From Mesotaenium endlicherianum (lineage: Eukaryota), in NCBI GenBank assembly GCA_009602735.1, contig WELA01001161.1, positions 82,467-133,997 of the forward strand: a DNA stretch of 51,531 bases. Reading direction: 5' to 3'. Below are positions 24,541-36,243 of the stretch, in pieces (positions within the stretch are counted from its first letter, which is position 1; each line of letters starts with the position of its first letter). Below the pieces are notes generated by a model. It was not told the DNA's origin and did no database searches. It worked only from the letters and a program-made list of their open reading frames with translations. The position numbers were made by a program, and so were the translations under genes.

Positions 24541-26246
24541 CGCATTCGTTGTGCAATGACGACACCCGAGAAGATTGGTAAGAATGTAAGATATCGACAA
24601 GGGCACTTCTGAACCACTCGCTTATTAGTGCATGTCTGCAAGTCATACTTGGGCACTATGTCAATAGCAACAACCTTCATATGACTTTCTTACACATGGG
24701 TTAATTTCCAAGTGTCACTCAGCAAGCCGATTGGTTGCCAATGCTGAACAATGAGAGTCTTCACAAACTGAAAGCTTTCAACAAGTGCTTACATAGTACG
24801 ATGAGTGCTTAGAGACTAGCTGTAACTCTAGCAGACAAGATCCCTACCTAAGATACAGTTGGCTATGCCTCCACTGAATACTCGATGCCAGCTGCTGCAC
24901 CTACTCGATCAATATTCAGCGGTAGTAGCATACTCCTGCATCAACAGTGGGGCTGCAGCCGCCATATATTGTGGTCCATATATTGTGGTGCTCGTGCTTG
25001 CCAACCTTTTGTACATCTTTTTGGTCAGCAGGAGGTACAATCGAGTGATATAAAATGTGTAGAGTTGCCAACCTTATGTACATCTGCTTATTGAGGAGTA
25101 AATTCAGTAGAGTGAGCTAAATATTTAGGATTCTGAATCCATCAGGGAAAGCCTTGTGAAATATGTACCTTCCAATTCAGTCCAAGCGAAGGTCCGGATG
25201 ACCTCTTTCAGTCATCCTTTTTAGCTAGTGTGCAGTTCTTCACCTCTCAGAGACATTTGCAACGAAGTTTTCTCAATTTCAGTGATATTACAACTCTTTA
25301 TGGCCATGTATTAGACAGTTGTCTAGTCTAGCAGCAGTATCTGTTCGACAAGAGTTATTTCAAAGTGTATTGGCCAAGATCTACAGGGACGTGTTCGTTC
25401 TTATCTAGTTGACTCCACTCATTCATAGTTTGTGGGAATCGTATAGTGTGTCTATACGCGTCAACGTCAAACTACGCAGCACCAATATACAGAGAAGGGT
25501 TGTAAATCGTCTCTCTGCATTTGAGTGAATATAGACAAACAAGTACACATGGCAGACTTTCTCTCGCAAGAAGGCAGCCTGTCATCACACAAACAAGGAC
25601 TACCAAAACCTACCATAGTCAAAGCAAGCCAGACAAGACTAAAGAAACTGGAAAACAGCATGGTAAATTGGCAATCATTATGGCACATCTGAGAGACCGT
25701 TCGGTGTTACAGATGATCTACTAAAAACAAAAGAGTGTTGACCTTACCCCTCACGTCCAACCTCTTCACTTGACACAACTACTATTTTCCTGAAATATGG
25801 AAGTAAACCTTCAACCTGTTCCAGATGAAAAGAGGACATTGCATGCGAAAGTTCAGGGTACAGGCTATGATCCGCTTTGACTTACACGGACACTGGAAAT
25901 GACACTGACAAGCTTAAGCAACTCGTGACAGATTGAAAGATACGCTACACAAGTAGCAGGCAGACTCAGGACCAAGAATATGGAGCAAATAATATAAACA
26001 AACTCTCGCTATTGTCATTCCTGCAAAGAGTTGTCGCTCAGACAAACTCTGCTTAGAAGATCCTCCAAACGGCCCTCCATCACATTCTCAGCTATCTCTC
26101 TCTTCCCCCTTTCCACCTTTGACTGCCTCCTGCATCCTGGTCATACACAACATGTAGCATTCATGCACCAGCCGAGAGGCGTCGTTCAAGAGCTTGCCGA
26201 GGGCATGAGCAAACACACCTGCTTTCTACACTACTGCCTATACTTA

Positions 26247-27458
26247 TTACAGCTCCATGGCCACACACCCAACCATCCGGGCTCCGTGAGCGCCGTCTGG
26301 CAGACCCGAGCACACCAGCTTGGGCTGGCTCCAGTGCCGGAGCTCCCCGACCGCGTCCACGACCTCCACCGAGAGAGCCAAGAACGGGTCCACGCTCAGC
26401 CCGGCAGCGTACACATTCCGCCCGAAGCCGAAGAGATACGGGTAGCAGAAGTACTTGGCACCGGCCGTAAATGCGTCCTCCTTCGATTCCGCCACCTGCG
26501 CCCAACCGTCGTCCTCCACGTATCTGTAGAGGCACCTGTCCACGCTGTAGAGGTACAGCTCGCCAAGGTGCCAGGTGTAGTGGCGGAAGGAGCCCTTGGC
26601 CATCCGCAGCCACTCCTTCTGGGCGGCGCTGGCGCTGCCAAGCAGGCCAGCCTCCACGGCTATGCCCATGTACAGCTCCTCCCGCAGGTACTCCTTCTCC
26701 TCGATCTCGACTGGCGCGCCGGCCCGGGAGCGCTCGGAGCCCTCGACAAATTTCCAGCTGTCTCTCTCGGCGTTGTACACGTAGACGCCCGTCAGCTTCC
26801 CGTCCTCATTGTCCCATTCCAGGGAGCCCGCCACCCAGAGGGTGTCCCCGAGCACGCCGCTGTGAAAGCGCACGAGGGGACGGGGGATGCTGGCCTTCTG
26901 CTCCCAGCGCATGCTCGCAATGTCCCAGCACCACACGGGGTTCCACACGGAGATCGCGTCGCGCGTGCCGCCCACCACGTACATCCTGCGCGCGCGCGCG
27001 TGCGCGTGCACCTGCAGCTCCAGGTCGAACCCGGCCCGCAGCTCGGCCGGCAGCCGCGGAATGTCGCGCAGCCATTGGCCGGTGCGGAGGTCCAGCACCT
27101 GCACCTGCAGCTCACGCTGATCCTTCTGCTTCCTCTGCTCCTTCTTTGGACAGCCGGGGATACTGCACTCATGACTGCCAGCAGCAGCCTTGTCCTCCCC
27201 GTCTGTGACAGCGGTGGTGGGGCACTGGAGAAGGGCGATGACCCAGTGGTCTGCCACTGCGCGGGTGGCGCGCTCGGAGAACAGCGCTGGGCCACAGGTG
27301 AGGGCGCGCCAGAGCTTGCACACGCCTCTGAGGCGGAACACGTGCTGAGCTGGCACGCGGTACAGGCACTGCTTTGCCAGGTCGTCCGGCAGCCCCTCCA
27401 GTAGTGTTCCCCGCTTGCTGCCCTCCGCAGCTGTGCCTCTCCCTGTCACAGCTGCCAT
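26247..27458 (-). CDS. F-box/kelch-repeat-like protein
   Basis: Long ORF (open to 27599) with F-box LLEGLPDDLAKQCLYRVP...LRGVCKLWR followed by kelch-like units (RMYVVGG...VWCWDIASMRWEQKASIPRP, GVLGDTLWVAGS, VYVYNAERDSWKFV). Start placed at MAAVTG (27458); an upstream start or exon is possible. Confidence 0.82.
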   Translation of the reverse strand: MAAVTGRGTAAEGSKRGTLLEGLPDDLAKQCLYRVPAQHVFRLRGVCKLWRALTCGPALFSERATRAVADHWVIALLQCPTTAVTDGEDKAAAGSHECSIPGCPKKEQRKQKDQRELQVQVLDLRTGQWLRDIPRLPAELRAGFDLELQVHAHARARRMYVVGGTRDAISVWNPVWCWDIASMRWEQKASIPRPLVRFHSGVLGDTLWVAGSLEWDNEDGKLTGVYVYNAERDSWKFVEGSERSRAGAPVEIEEKEYLREELYMGIAVEAGLLGSASAAQKEWLRMAKGSFRHYTWHLGELYLYSVDRCLYRYVEDDGWAQVAESKEDAFTAGAKYFCYPYLFGFGRNVYAAGLSVDPFLALSVEVVDAVGELRHWSQPKLVCSGLPDGAHGARMVGCVAMEL

Positions 27459-28337
27459 GGGAGGAGCAATTGCCTCAAGCACGTGCTCTGGCCCTGGACA
27501 CTCACCTGTCTCCACTCTCTCAGCCTGCGTGCATGCCATCAGTACAGTTAGACAAGGACGCAAAGAGCTTGCTCGTGCCGAGCTGAAAGAGTGGCACACG
27601 CGTCCTTGCCAACTGCTCCTTGACCCTTGTCTTGCATGTGTGACCCTCTACACGCAGTATATGAGTGATGTAGAAAAGGTCAATAGTCTTTGCGCCACCA
27701 AGGCGTCAACAATCAGTGGTGACAACCACAACAAAGTTCCATCAAACCGTGCGCTGACAAGAGTGGCTATGCATCTCAACTCACATCAGTGCATCTCCTA
27801 ATCAGCAGCAATAACCTCAACCTAATTCAGCCCCCTACAGGAGGGTGAAGGTTAACACTCTTCTGCATTGAGTGTGTCCCATGTTGCCACTTGTTCTGTG
27901 CGTCATAAAATAACTTATATCACAAGTAGCTCCAACCAACACCGCTTGATATAACGTAATTTTGCCTCCTAATTTCTGCTAGCTTTGGAGGAGGGTTTCA
28001 TGTTTTTTTAAGGTTCTGTCTAATTTTTCTTTATATATATTTTCTTTTTAAATACATTGACTATTCTGCTCCAACAACCAGCATCGACACGATCAGCTAG
28101 GGTGCTTACAGCAAGGATCCGCCATATTACTTCTTGGCAAACCCAGATTTCACACCCTTGAAGTTGCAGCAACACGTGCATTCATTTGAAAACTAGAAGC
28201 GGGCATCTACTTATACTCAACACACAAAGCACTAGTTATTTAAGCTTGTGTTGCAAAGGGGGGGGCATACCTGCTCAAAGTGCAGCCTCACAGTGCCATG
28301 CCGCAGACACCTAGTACGTGTGGTGGGTAAGTGTGCT

Positions 28338-29060
28338 TCAGAGAGCCTTCAGGCGTGACCCGACTGACTCATCCACCTTGTACTGCCCAGGGAGACATGT
28401 CAAATGCATTATCATGGTGACCAGCCAGTGTGCGTTTCGCCACACGATGTCAGGGAAATACCAAAGACTTTATAGCAGCAACTGAAACGCCTACAAATTA
28501 ATGGCCTCAAATAAATACTGAAGGACAATCCATAAGAGGGAAGGAAAATTAAGCATCCCTATTTCCCAACTCGCAAGGATTGGTTCACTCAAGTGAAGAG
28601 GAGTGAAGACAACATAAGTGGCTACATAATGCCTCGTATAGCGTACAGTGGTTCGCTATATAGAAAACCATAAAGTATTCTACTTCCTAGCGTCATGCAC
28701 TGAAGCTTGCGTCTTGCTGCGCCTTTAGGTTTTCCAAAAAATATGTATTTACTGCTTAGCTGATTTCTGGGCTGAGACACTAAAGCCTGCCATCACTTCT
28801 TACAAGAGGAAAGGTATGGTGGTAACAGGAAGAAGCAAATATACTGATGCAACTCCGAGAGGCCTACCAACCTTTTTCAGAATCCAGATAGCATGCTCCT
28901 TTCCCCGTGCAATTAAATCCGACACCCGGCCCGGGTCAGCTTCGTCGCTAAAGGTTATAAAGCTCTCTTTCGTAAAAGTGCGATAGTAGTCTCTGCTCTC
29001 GGGGGGCAATTTCGTTATCACTTTGAGCAGATTGCGATATAGGACTAAGGCAGGTTTCAT
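28338..29060 (-). CDS. LYRM9: LYR-motif protein, LYRM9-like (mitochondrial), 77 aa
   Basis: Exon 29060-28872 MKPALVLYRNLLKVITKLPPESRDYYRTFTKESFITFSDEADPGRVSDLIARGKEHAIWILKK|gt; exon 28382-28338 cag|YKVDESVGSRLKAL*. The LYR motif plus the SDExDPxR...WILxKY pattern fits LYRM9. Confidence 0.85.
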
Positions 29061-30402
29061 GCTGTCAACACCTTCATAGTTCCTGGCGTTAAAATTCGCG
29101 CACAACCTAGCCAATTGGCAAGTGAGATTGGTGTGAGGTCGCAAGTAGAATATGCAACGCTTAAGATCGATGAAGAATAGTAGTAGCTGTACTCTGGTAC
29201 TGGACTAAAGCTTTACTTTGGACTGAGTAGATCAATGCTGAGTGCATGGTCGCTATACAAATTCTTGATACATAAGGGGTCCTTCTTTCGGTCGATCGTG
29301 TCTCCTTTGCTCCCTTTCAATCTGTCCAACTCTCCGTCCTTCGTGTTTCTCCCACTCTCGTTTCCGAACAGAACAGAACCATGTTCGGGCCAGCTATCGA
29401 CCGAAGTTTGCACCCCTGAAAGCACCTGAAAGTCTCATATTCGCTCGGAAAAGAGGACCTAGCATTGCATCCAAACTTGTTTTCGGCAGTGGACGAAGAG
29501 CTGGGCTGTACGCCTATGGCTATGCTTGCAAACTCTTTCCTGGCTATCACGTCTTTTCTACTTTCCCTGCGTCCGCCTAACGAGCCAAGCTTCTTACAAA
29601 TTCGCTTCCCATAGTCATGGCACTTGCTGGACCTGGTATTTGCATTTGGGACGACAACTGTGTTGCTAGCTCTAGCTTTTAAGAGAACATTGTTTTCTTC
29701 GTATCTTCCATGTGGGCAATGAGATGATGGGGCTGTCCCTTTTGTTTGTATATCTTTGTGGTGAGGCTCCCTCTAGTAAGGCGGAGGAAAGATCGTCATG
29801 TGCACTTAACTATGATCTACTGTCTGCAAGACTATTTGACACCAAGCAAGGAGTTCGGTTCGAAAACTACTCTTTGATTTATTCAAGAATTGGTATCACC
29901 TAGTTTCCCTTCTACCACGCACGTGGAAATGTGTAGCTGGTCTCTACTATGCCTGAGAGCGGAGTATGGCTCCAATAAGAAAAAGATGACCCTTCTGGAG
30001 CCTGGAGCCAGCCGGGGGCTGGTGGAGGCGGGAAATATAGTGGCAAGCGAGTATTTGATTTTGTTGGCATATGAATATCTGCGTCTTGTGTAGGGAACAG
30101 TACCAGCCCGTCTGTGTGTGAGGCGGTGGGAGAGCTTGTGTGTGTGATTGTCTATGTGGGTGCGTGCCTGTGCCCAAATGTGCATGTGTGTTTGTGCGCA
30201 TGTGTGTCTTTGCATGTGCGTGTGCCGGTGCATTTGAGCATTCTGCTGGGGAGGTGTAAGATATAACTTCAGCCTCGGAATGAGCCATAGTCTTCAGGGG
30301 TCACGATATGCGCACGCTCTGCACATTAGGAACCGAAGTGGAGTACAGATGTGTGAGGCATGTGATCTGCATGTGCCTCTGCCCCAAACGAGTGTCAGAG
30401 TG

Positions 30403-31194
30403 TCAGAGTTTCAGCTCCATTTTCAGCATACAGGGTGCAGCCCAACCTAGCACTACATTTCCTTCATGGCCCCCACCTAACCTTGATCCTAACATTGACC
30501 TCCTGGTGAGTTCACGTGCATGCGTGCGAGGGGCGCGCTCGGAGTGGGGCCTGAGTAGTAGTGGCAACAGTGCTAGAGTAGCCCAGCGAACGAGCGCGTG
30601 CGCCAGGACGCGCTGATGCTCTGGCTCGCGCAAGCTTGTGCATGCAGGGCCTGTACGCCCATAGAGGCAGCATGGCTTGGGAGCTGAGGAGCTGTGCTTG
30701 TACTTGTAAGGATGCAGCAGAGCTGGAGCCGCAGGAGGAGGAGGAGGAGGAGGAGGAGGAGGAGGTGGTGGTGGTGGCGGTGGTGGTGGAGTAGGAGGAG
30801 GACAGGGAGGAGAAGGAGGAGATGGATTGGGCGAGTATGGAGCATAGCGCTCCAGCCGAGGGGCCGATAGGGAGGGTCTCCCCCCTTGCATGCACCGCCC
30901 TGTGTTGGCGGCCACCTGCTCATTTCAGCGCTTTCCGGCTGGATCTAGGGTTGGCCATTGTTGCACCCGGGGCGGAGTGTGGCCCTCAGCTGTGGGGCTT
31001 GCAGTTTGTGGTTCGTCGTTTGTGCGAGGGTTGGGGTTTGGGGTTGATTGAAGGTTTGTTCTCAGCATGTCGAATGCCATACAATCTCCAACCGGATGCA
31101 GATCCCGCTGCTCCAAGGTGAACTCATCGCTGTCAGATCGAGCGGGGCTTGCGCATCTCGCATGCGCCCACGCTTGGCAGCTGACACCTGTCAC
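30403..31194 (-). pseudogene. Unidentified Pro-rich reading frame broken by a single TGA
   Basis: ORF-track entries 30925..31194 and 30403..30915 share a frame and are separated by one TGA (30927-30925). No domain recognised. Confidence 0.25.
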
Positions 31195-34100
31195 TGTCGC
31201 GTGTCTTTTTGAGAGTGAGATGCTTGATGCTTAAAGATCACAGGTAGGTTGTTGTTATCAGGGAGAAAGAGAGGAAAAGTGATATGAGTTCTTGCGCGAG
31301 ATAGCAAGCAGGAGCTTTCTTGACTCGACCGGGCCTTTCATAATCTCCTGCAGTCCTAGCATTGTCATAGTTCTACCCTGGCATAGATTTCACAAGTGTT
31401 AAACTTTGTAGGTATCTAGCCTCGAATATTATATGCTAGTTATGTATGTATGCTCAATGTACTGGTCTATGTATGTAAGCAGTGTGTGTCTTGGAACACA
31501 CGGTGAGGATAAAGTAGCACGTAGATGTTGGTGAAAGACGTCCGATTCATACTTCTTACATGGCCCATTCAAGTTAGCTTCCCTGCAAACGGCCGGAGCT
31601 GTCTCGCATGCTATGGTAAGTGGCAGAGCTGATCAAGGCTTTACAAAAGTTGGGTCTTGTTTTGGTAGCCATGGTCGGAGTCACGGTTGCCCAACCGGAT
31701 GGCTCTGAGATGTGTATAGGAACATAATATTTTTCGCAGGGTGTCCAGTGTCTTGTACTAGCTGCACTGCCACTGGTTGTCCAGGGCAATTGGACCAACC
31801 GCTTGGGGCGCGTGCGGCCTTGCTGTCCCTACACCATGCTTCACAATGAGCGACCCTCTCTTGTGAAGCCCTCCGAATGAATGCAGGTAATTATAGAGAT
31901 GATATGCTATAACTGATTGACAGCTGTCACATGCACTTGCCCAAGTACTGTGACACCCGTTTCACAAACTCAGAAGCGCACATGAGCCTTGGCCCCCCCT
32001 CGAAATGAGCACGGCGCGCCCAACATTTGCATTCTGTGCATCTAGGTTTGGTACGTGACACGTTAACTTACATCCTCTTATGCAACTGGGCCTGTAATTT
32101 TGCGACAGGAGCTGCGCTAAAGAGGGCATCAAGTTTGCAATGGTCCACTGGCTGCCCGTTCTAACCCGCGGTCATGGGTGTCAGCTGTATGCATGACCTC
32201 CAAATCTGATTCTCGCCATGCAGTGCTGCTCGGGTTCCATCAACGAAGTCCATGCACATGTATACTTGTGCACACAAATATGTAGACATTCATTTGTCTA
32301 CATACTCGTAAATGTACATACACGTACATATGTGCATGTGTACACATTGCTCATAAAACAAAGCAAGTGCATCCCCAACAACCTTCTACACGTGCAAAGA
32401 TTGTGCTCTGGGCTTTTGGGGTTTTTCCCACTCTGTATCGGAGCAAACTGAGAGCGTCAGTCTCACCAGCTCGCGCTGGCCTTCTCCGGGGACAGAATTT
32501 ACTCCGGCCCTGCAAGCGCATTACGTGCTGCTGCTGGGGGTAAGCCCCGCTCCGGCGCAATTCAAGAGCTCTGCAGAGTGCGCGAAACCGCGAATCGCAA
32601 CAGCCATGCCAGCTGGCGGCGCATGCCCAGGGGCAGCTTGACCAGGGAAAGGTCAAAGGGTTGGCACGGCCAGGAAGCTCATTGTAGAGTATGCAGCTTG
32701 CCGCAATTACGTGTTGCCGGCAGAGAGCCAGGACGTCCGAGGCAGTTGTTTGCCCACACACTTTTTTAAGGGATAGGTTGACTTCTTTGGTGGGAGAACT
32801 GCAGGAGGAGGAGGAGGAGAAGGAGGAATGCAGGCCTCGGAGCGTGGGCTCCCCCCGGTGGTGGTGGAGGGGGAGGGGTGGGAAGGTGGTTTGCACACTG
32901 GTTAATGTTACTTAGTCAGACCTTGGTCTGTCATGTGGGGTGAGATCCTCTCTCCCGCTGCGCAACGCACGCGGTTGCTTCATTTGGTTCCTGGAAGACC
33001 ATAGAGACTTAAACGTTCACCTAGACTTCTGGAGATACTTCTGGCAGGTAGAGGTAGTAGTACGTCTTTATGTATATCTCCATACGAAAATTTAGGTCTG
33101 CTGTGAAGTCAAACACTAATCTCAGTCAGCACTTCCAATTTACGTGGTAACCCTCGCCTGAGCAAGAATGACTGGAAGACACACCGCAGTGTAGGTGCAT
33201 GCATGTTCCCTCTCAGCCATTCTGGGTGCGTATGTGGCATGCTATGGTGCATATGTGAGTTTCCTGGACCTTATGCATTGCTTCGGCAGATTGCATAGGA
33301 GGGCAGTCAGTTTGAAACGTCATCAGAGCTGATCTAGCTGGACAACAGAGCGGAGGCTCCAGTCTTGCCTGCGTGACACATGTCATTGCCAGGTTGTTGT
33401 CCCAATCGTTGTTGCGACCCCTGACCTGCTTAGCGCCCGCGAAGGCGAGATGAAGGAAAAGGAGAAGGCGAAGGAATAGAGGAAGACGGCTGCAAGGGAG
33501 GCACGAAGAATACGGCAGGTTGGCAGGCGCCCGTGCAGGGGAAGTGACGGAGAGCAAGAGAAACAAGAGCAGTAGGAGGGAAGCAAAGAGCCGGCCCAAG
33601 GCCCGCCAAATTAACACCCGGGCCCCCTCTGCCATGACGTCTGCGCAGTAGCTGACTCCTGACTGCATCTTTGCCCTTGACTCTAGACCCTGGCTGAAAG
33701 CACAGATCCTTGATTCAGGGACCTGTACCCCCCCTTTCTGCCGCCATTGCATCCTCCAGGGAGGGCAGGAGGAGGGAGGGGATAAAGACGGGGGCGGCAG
33801 GGTCAACTGTCACAGATATGGGGTTGAGTTTGACGCAGGGGCCGGGTCTGATGCAGAGGCGGTGGCAGGGCACGCTTCCCTCAGAGGAGGAGGAACATGC
33901 TCTCAACGTGGCAGCTTCCAGATGAGGCCCTTCTCTTCAAGAGGAGCGATTTTCGTTGCACTCAAAAGCGCGTCGCCTACTGGTGGAGACCGCAGGCGGA
34001 GCGTGCCAGCAGGCGCAAGGGAGCCAGCCAGCACCCGCTCTCCAATTGGCGTGCCTCGGACTCTCAGCTTTGACTTTGAGTGTCGGGTTTAAGAGTCCTC

Positions 34101-36243
34101 ATTCCATGAAGCGGAGCGCTTGTGGATGGTAGTTCAAGATTTAGGGCTTCAGCTTAGGGCTGGAGTTCGGGATGGGCGCGCGATTGGGGGTCTGGGAATT
34201 TGCGGGAATACAAGTACAAGAGCCCTGGGAGCAGATATTGCATTTTGGGGCGTTGTAAACAAAGATTCATTGCCCAAATTGCGGCACAGCGAATGATGAC
34301 TCAGATACTTTGATACATACTTACATGCCTCAATCACAGTTGAGAAGTGAATAATCAATAATAATATAGTGACCATATACACAAACACGAAGTACAATAA
34401 AAATTAGTATGGTATAGCCTCACACATAATAAAAGGTCACAGACAAGAGAGATATAATCTAGACGTTGATTATATTCTTTCACATGGAGTACAGCCATGT
34501 GATAGTATTTTCAGCAAGCGTGCACCCATACACACGTCTGCATGCACAACAGATGTCTTTGTATGGCACGTGGTTCGAAGGTCCACATTTGTTTCGGAAA
34601 TGTGCACGTCGAGGAATACTTGAGTAGAGGTGAATGTACCAGTGGAACAAAATGATCACGTTGCTTTCTGTAACATCATATTGACAAATGAAGAATATAT
34701 TAAGAAGTTGAGAAGAATCACTTGTCTGGTGGATCGATACGTAGAGGCAAGACCCAAGTTCTAAGGCCTGTTCCAGCTACGCCATAGACTATATACGCAG
34801 TGCATGCAGTATCGTACACCACCCCAATACGAGATGCGAGCCAAGACCCCCAGAATTGTCAGCAAACGGCAACCGCGTCTCCTGTAGCAGCTGGACTGCA
34901 TGAGCTCGACGGTGCGTGCTTGATCTGAATCAACTTGACCCCCGCCGACTTTGCGCCATCGAAGTTCGGGTGTTAGTGTGTACCCAAGGTGATACCCCAA
35001 GACCAATATTGACTTTATCAGACACTCGGCACAGGGTTGTTAAGGACGCCGTAGGACCGTGGACGTGTTCAGATTTGGTCGTAGCAAGCACGTTTGAGCA
35101 AACGCCTTTGGCTGGCGTAGGCCTGCAATTGGCTGGCCCCATGCTCAGCGTTGCTGCATGTCCGGCTGAAGAATTCAGCGACGCTGAAGCCTGATAGTAC
35201 TCGGGCTTTTCCATTATAACATAGTAAAATGAAAAGCAGAGCCGTTTCTATGCTTTTTTGCACTTTTTTGTGTAAAGAATCGGGGTACCAGCACAAGCTT
35301 TACTCTACTGGCGTTGACTAGGGTAGGACTTAGTAAATGAGCTTAAATAAAGTGTTATGCTGTTCCAAAGTTTTATATGTCATTTTCAACACAATTTTAA
35401 CATCTCGCTTCGGCAATGACTTCATTGCCAGTACCTGGAGGGCTGCACCTGCAACCTGCCTCCAATGCGCGTCACTGGTCATCGTTGCAAGATCTGCGCT
35501 GCACACTTCCCAGCACGTGTCAGGGGCCATTCACCCTTGAGAGTAACCCTCTGGCTCGCGCGACGTAATTTCAGCGACTTTAATAAGCTTCAAATTCAAT
35601 ATGAAACCCTTCTTGGCTCGCGTGAGTCGTCCGATACGGTATCTCGACGGAATTACCAAGAATCGGCAATCAATTTTTATGTAGGTCAACTGAAAATTAC
35701 TACAAAATAATCACCGAGGCGTCTGCGCCTCACGAGTCAGAACTAGTCAAGGCATTGCTACGCATATACAAGGGCTACCACTCTTGCAATGAGTGTAAAT
35801 GCTAACCAGTTACATGTTGCATTTAGTCCGTCCTTAAAGTTCGTAGCATAAGAGCTCCAGCATTTCAAGAGAGTGTTGCTTGAAGACCCGGTTTCTTTTT
35901 GGGGCTTATTCCTACAGAAGAGTAGTAAGCTGAGGGTCCTTTCAGATCTACCGCTTGTGGACGAGTTTGTGCAAGGTACTGCCGATTCTGGAAGCTCGTG
36001 ATAAGTTTATTTTTAGCCTTTGCATGTTTCGTATGGTCTATTGTAACATGTACTTGAAAGGAAAGCAGATCGAATTGAGATCACCTAGCGTGCTTGAATT
36101 ATGTACTCTTTCTGTAATGAATTTGTTCACATGCAGTGTATCAAGCATACATGCGTCTCATATTCATCCAGTATAGCTGGAGGAGAGATAGTGAGCGATA
36201 GGAACTTTAAGGCTTGTGTATTTACACAGTATTTGTGTTGCAG

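Noticed and set aside
25486..25497. ATACAGAGAAG resembling the U6 snRNA ACAGAGA box
   Set aside because: The flanking sequence does not match U6.
26031..27404. 457-aa plus-strand ORF antisense to the F-box gene
   Set aside because: Shadow ORF expected from high GC3 on the coding strand; no recognisable domain.
34930..35530. Short minus-strand ORFs divergent from the P450 (MAPDTCWEVC..., MEKPEYY...)
   Set aside because: No recognisable domain or consistent splice model; cannot be supported without expression data.
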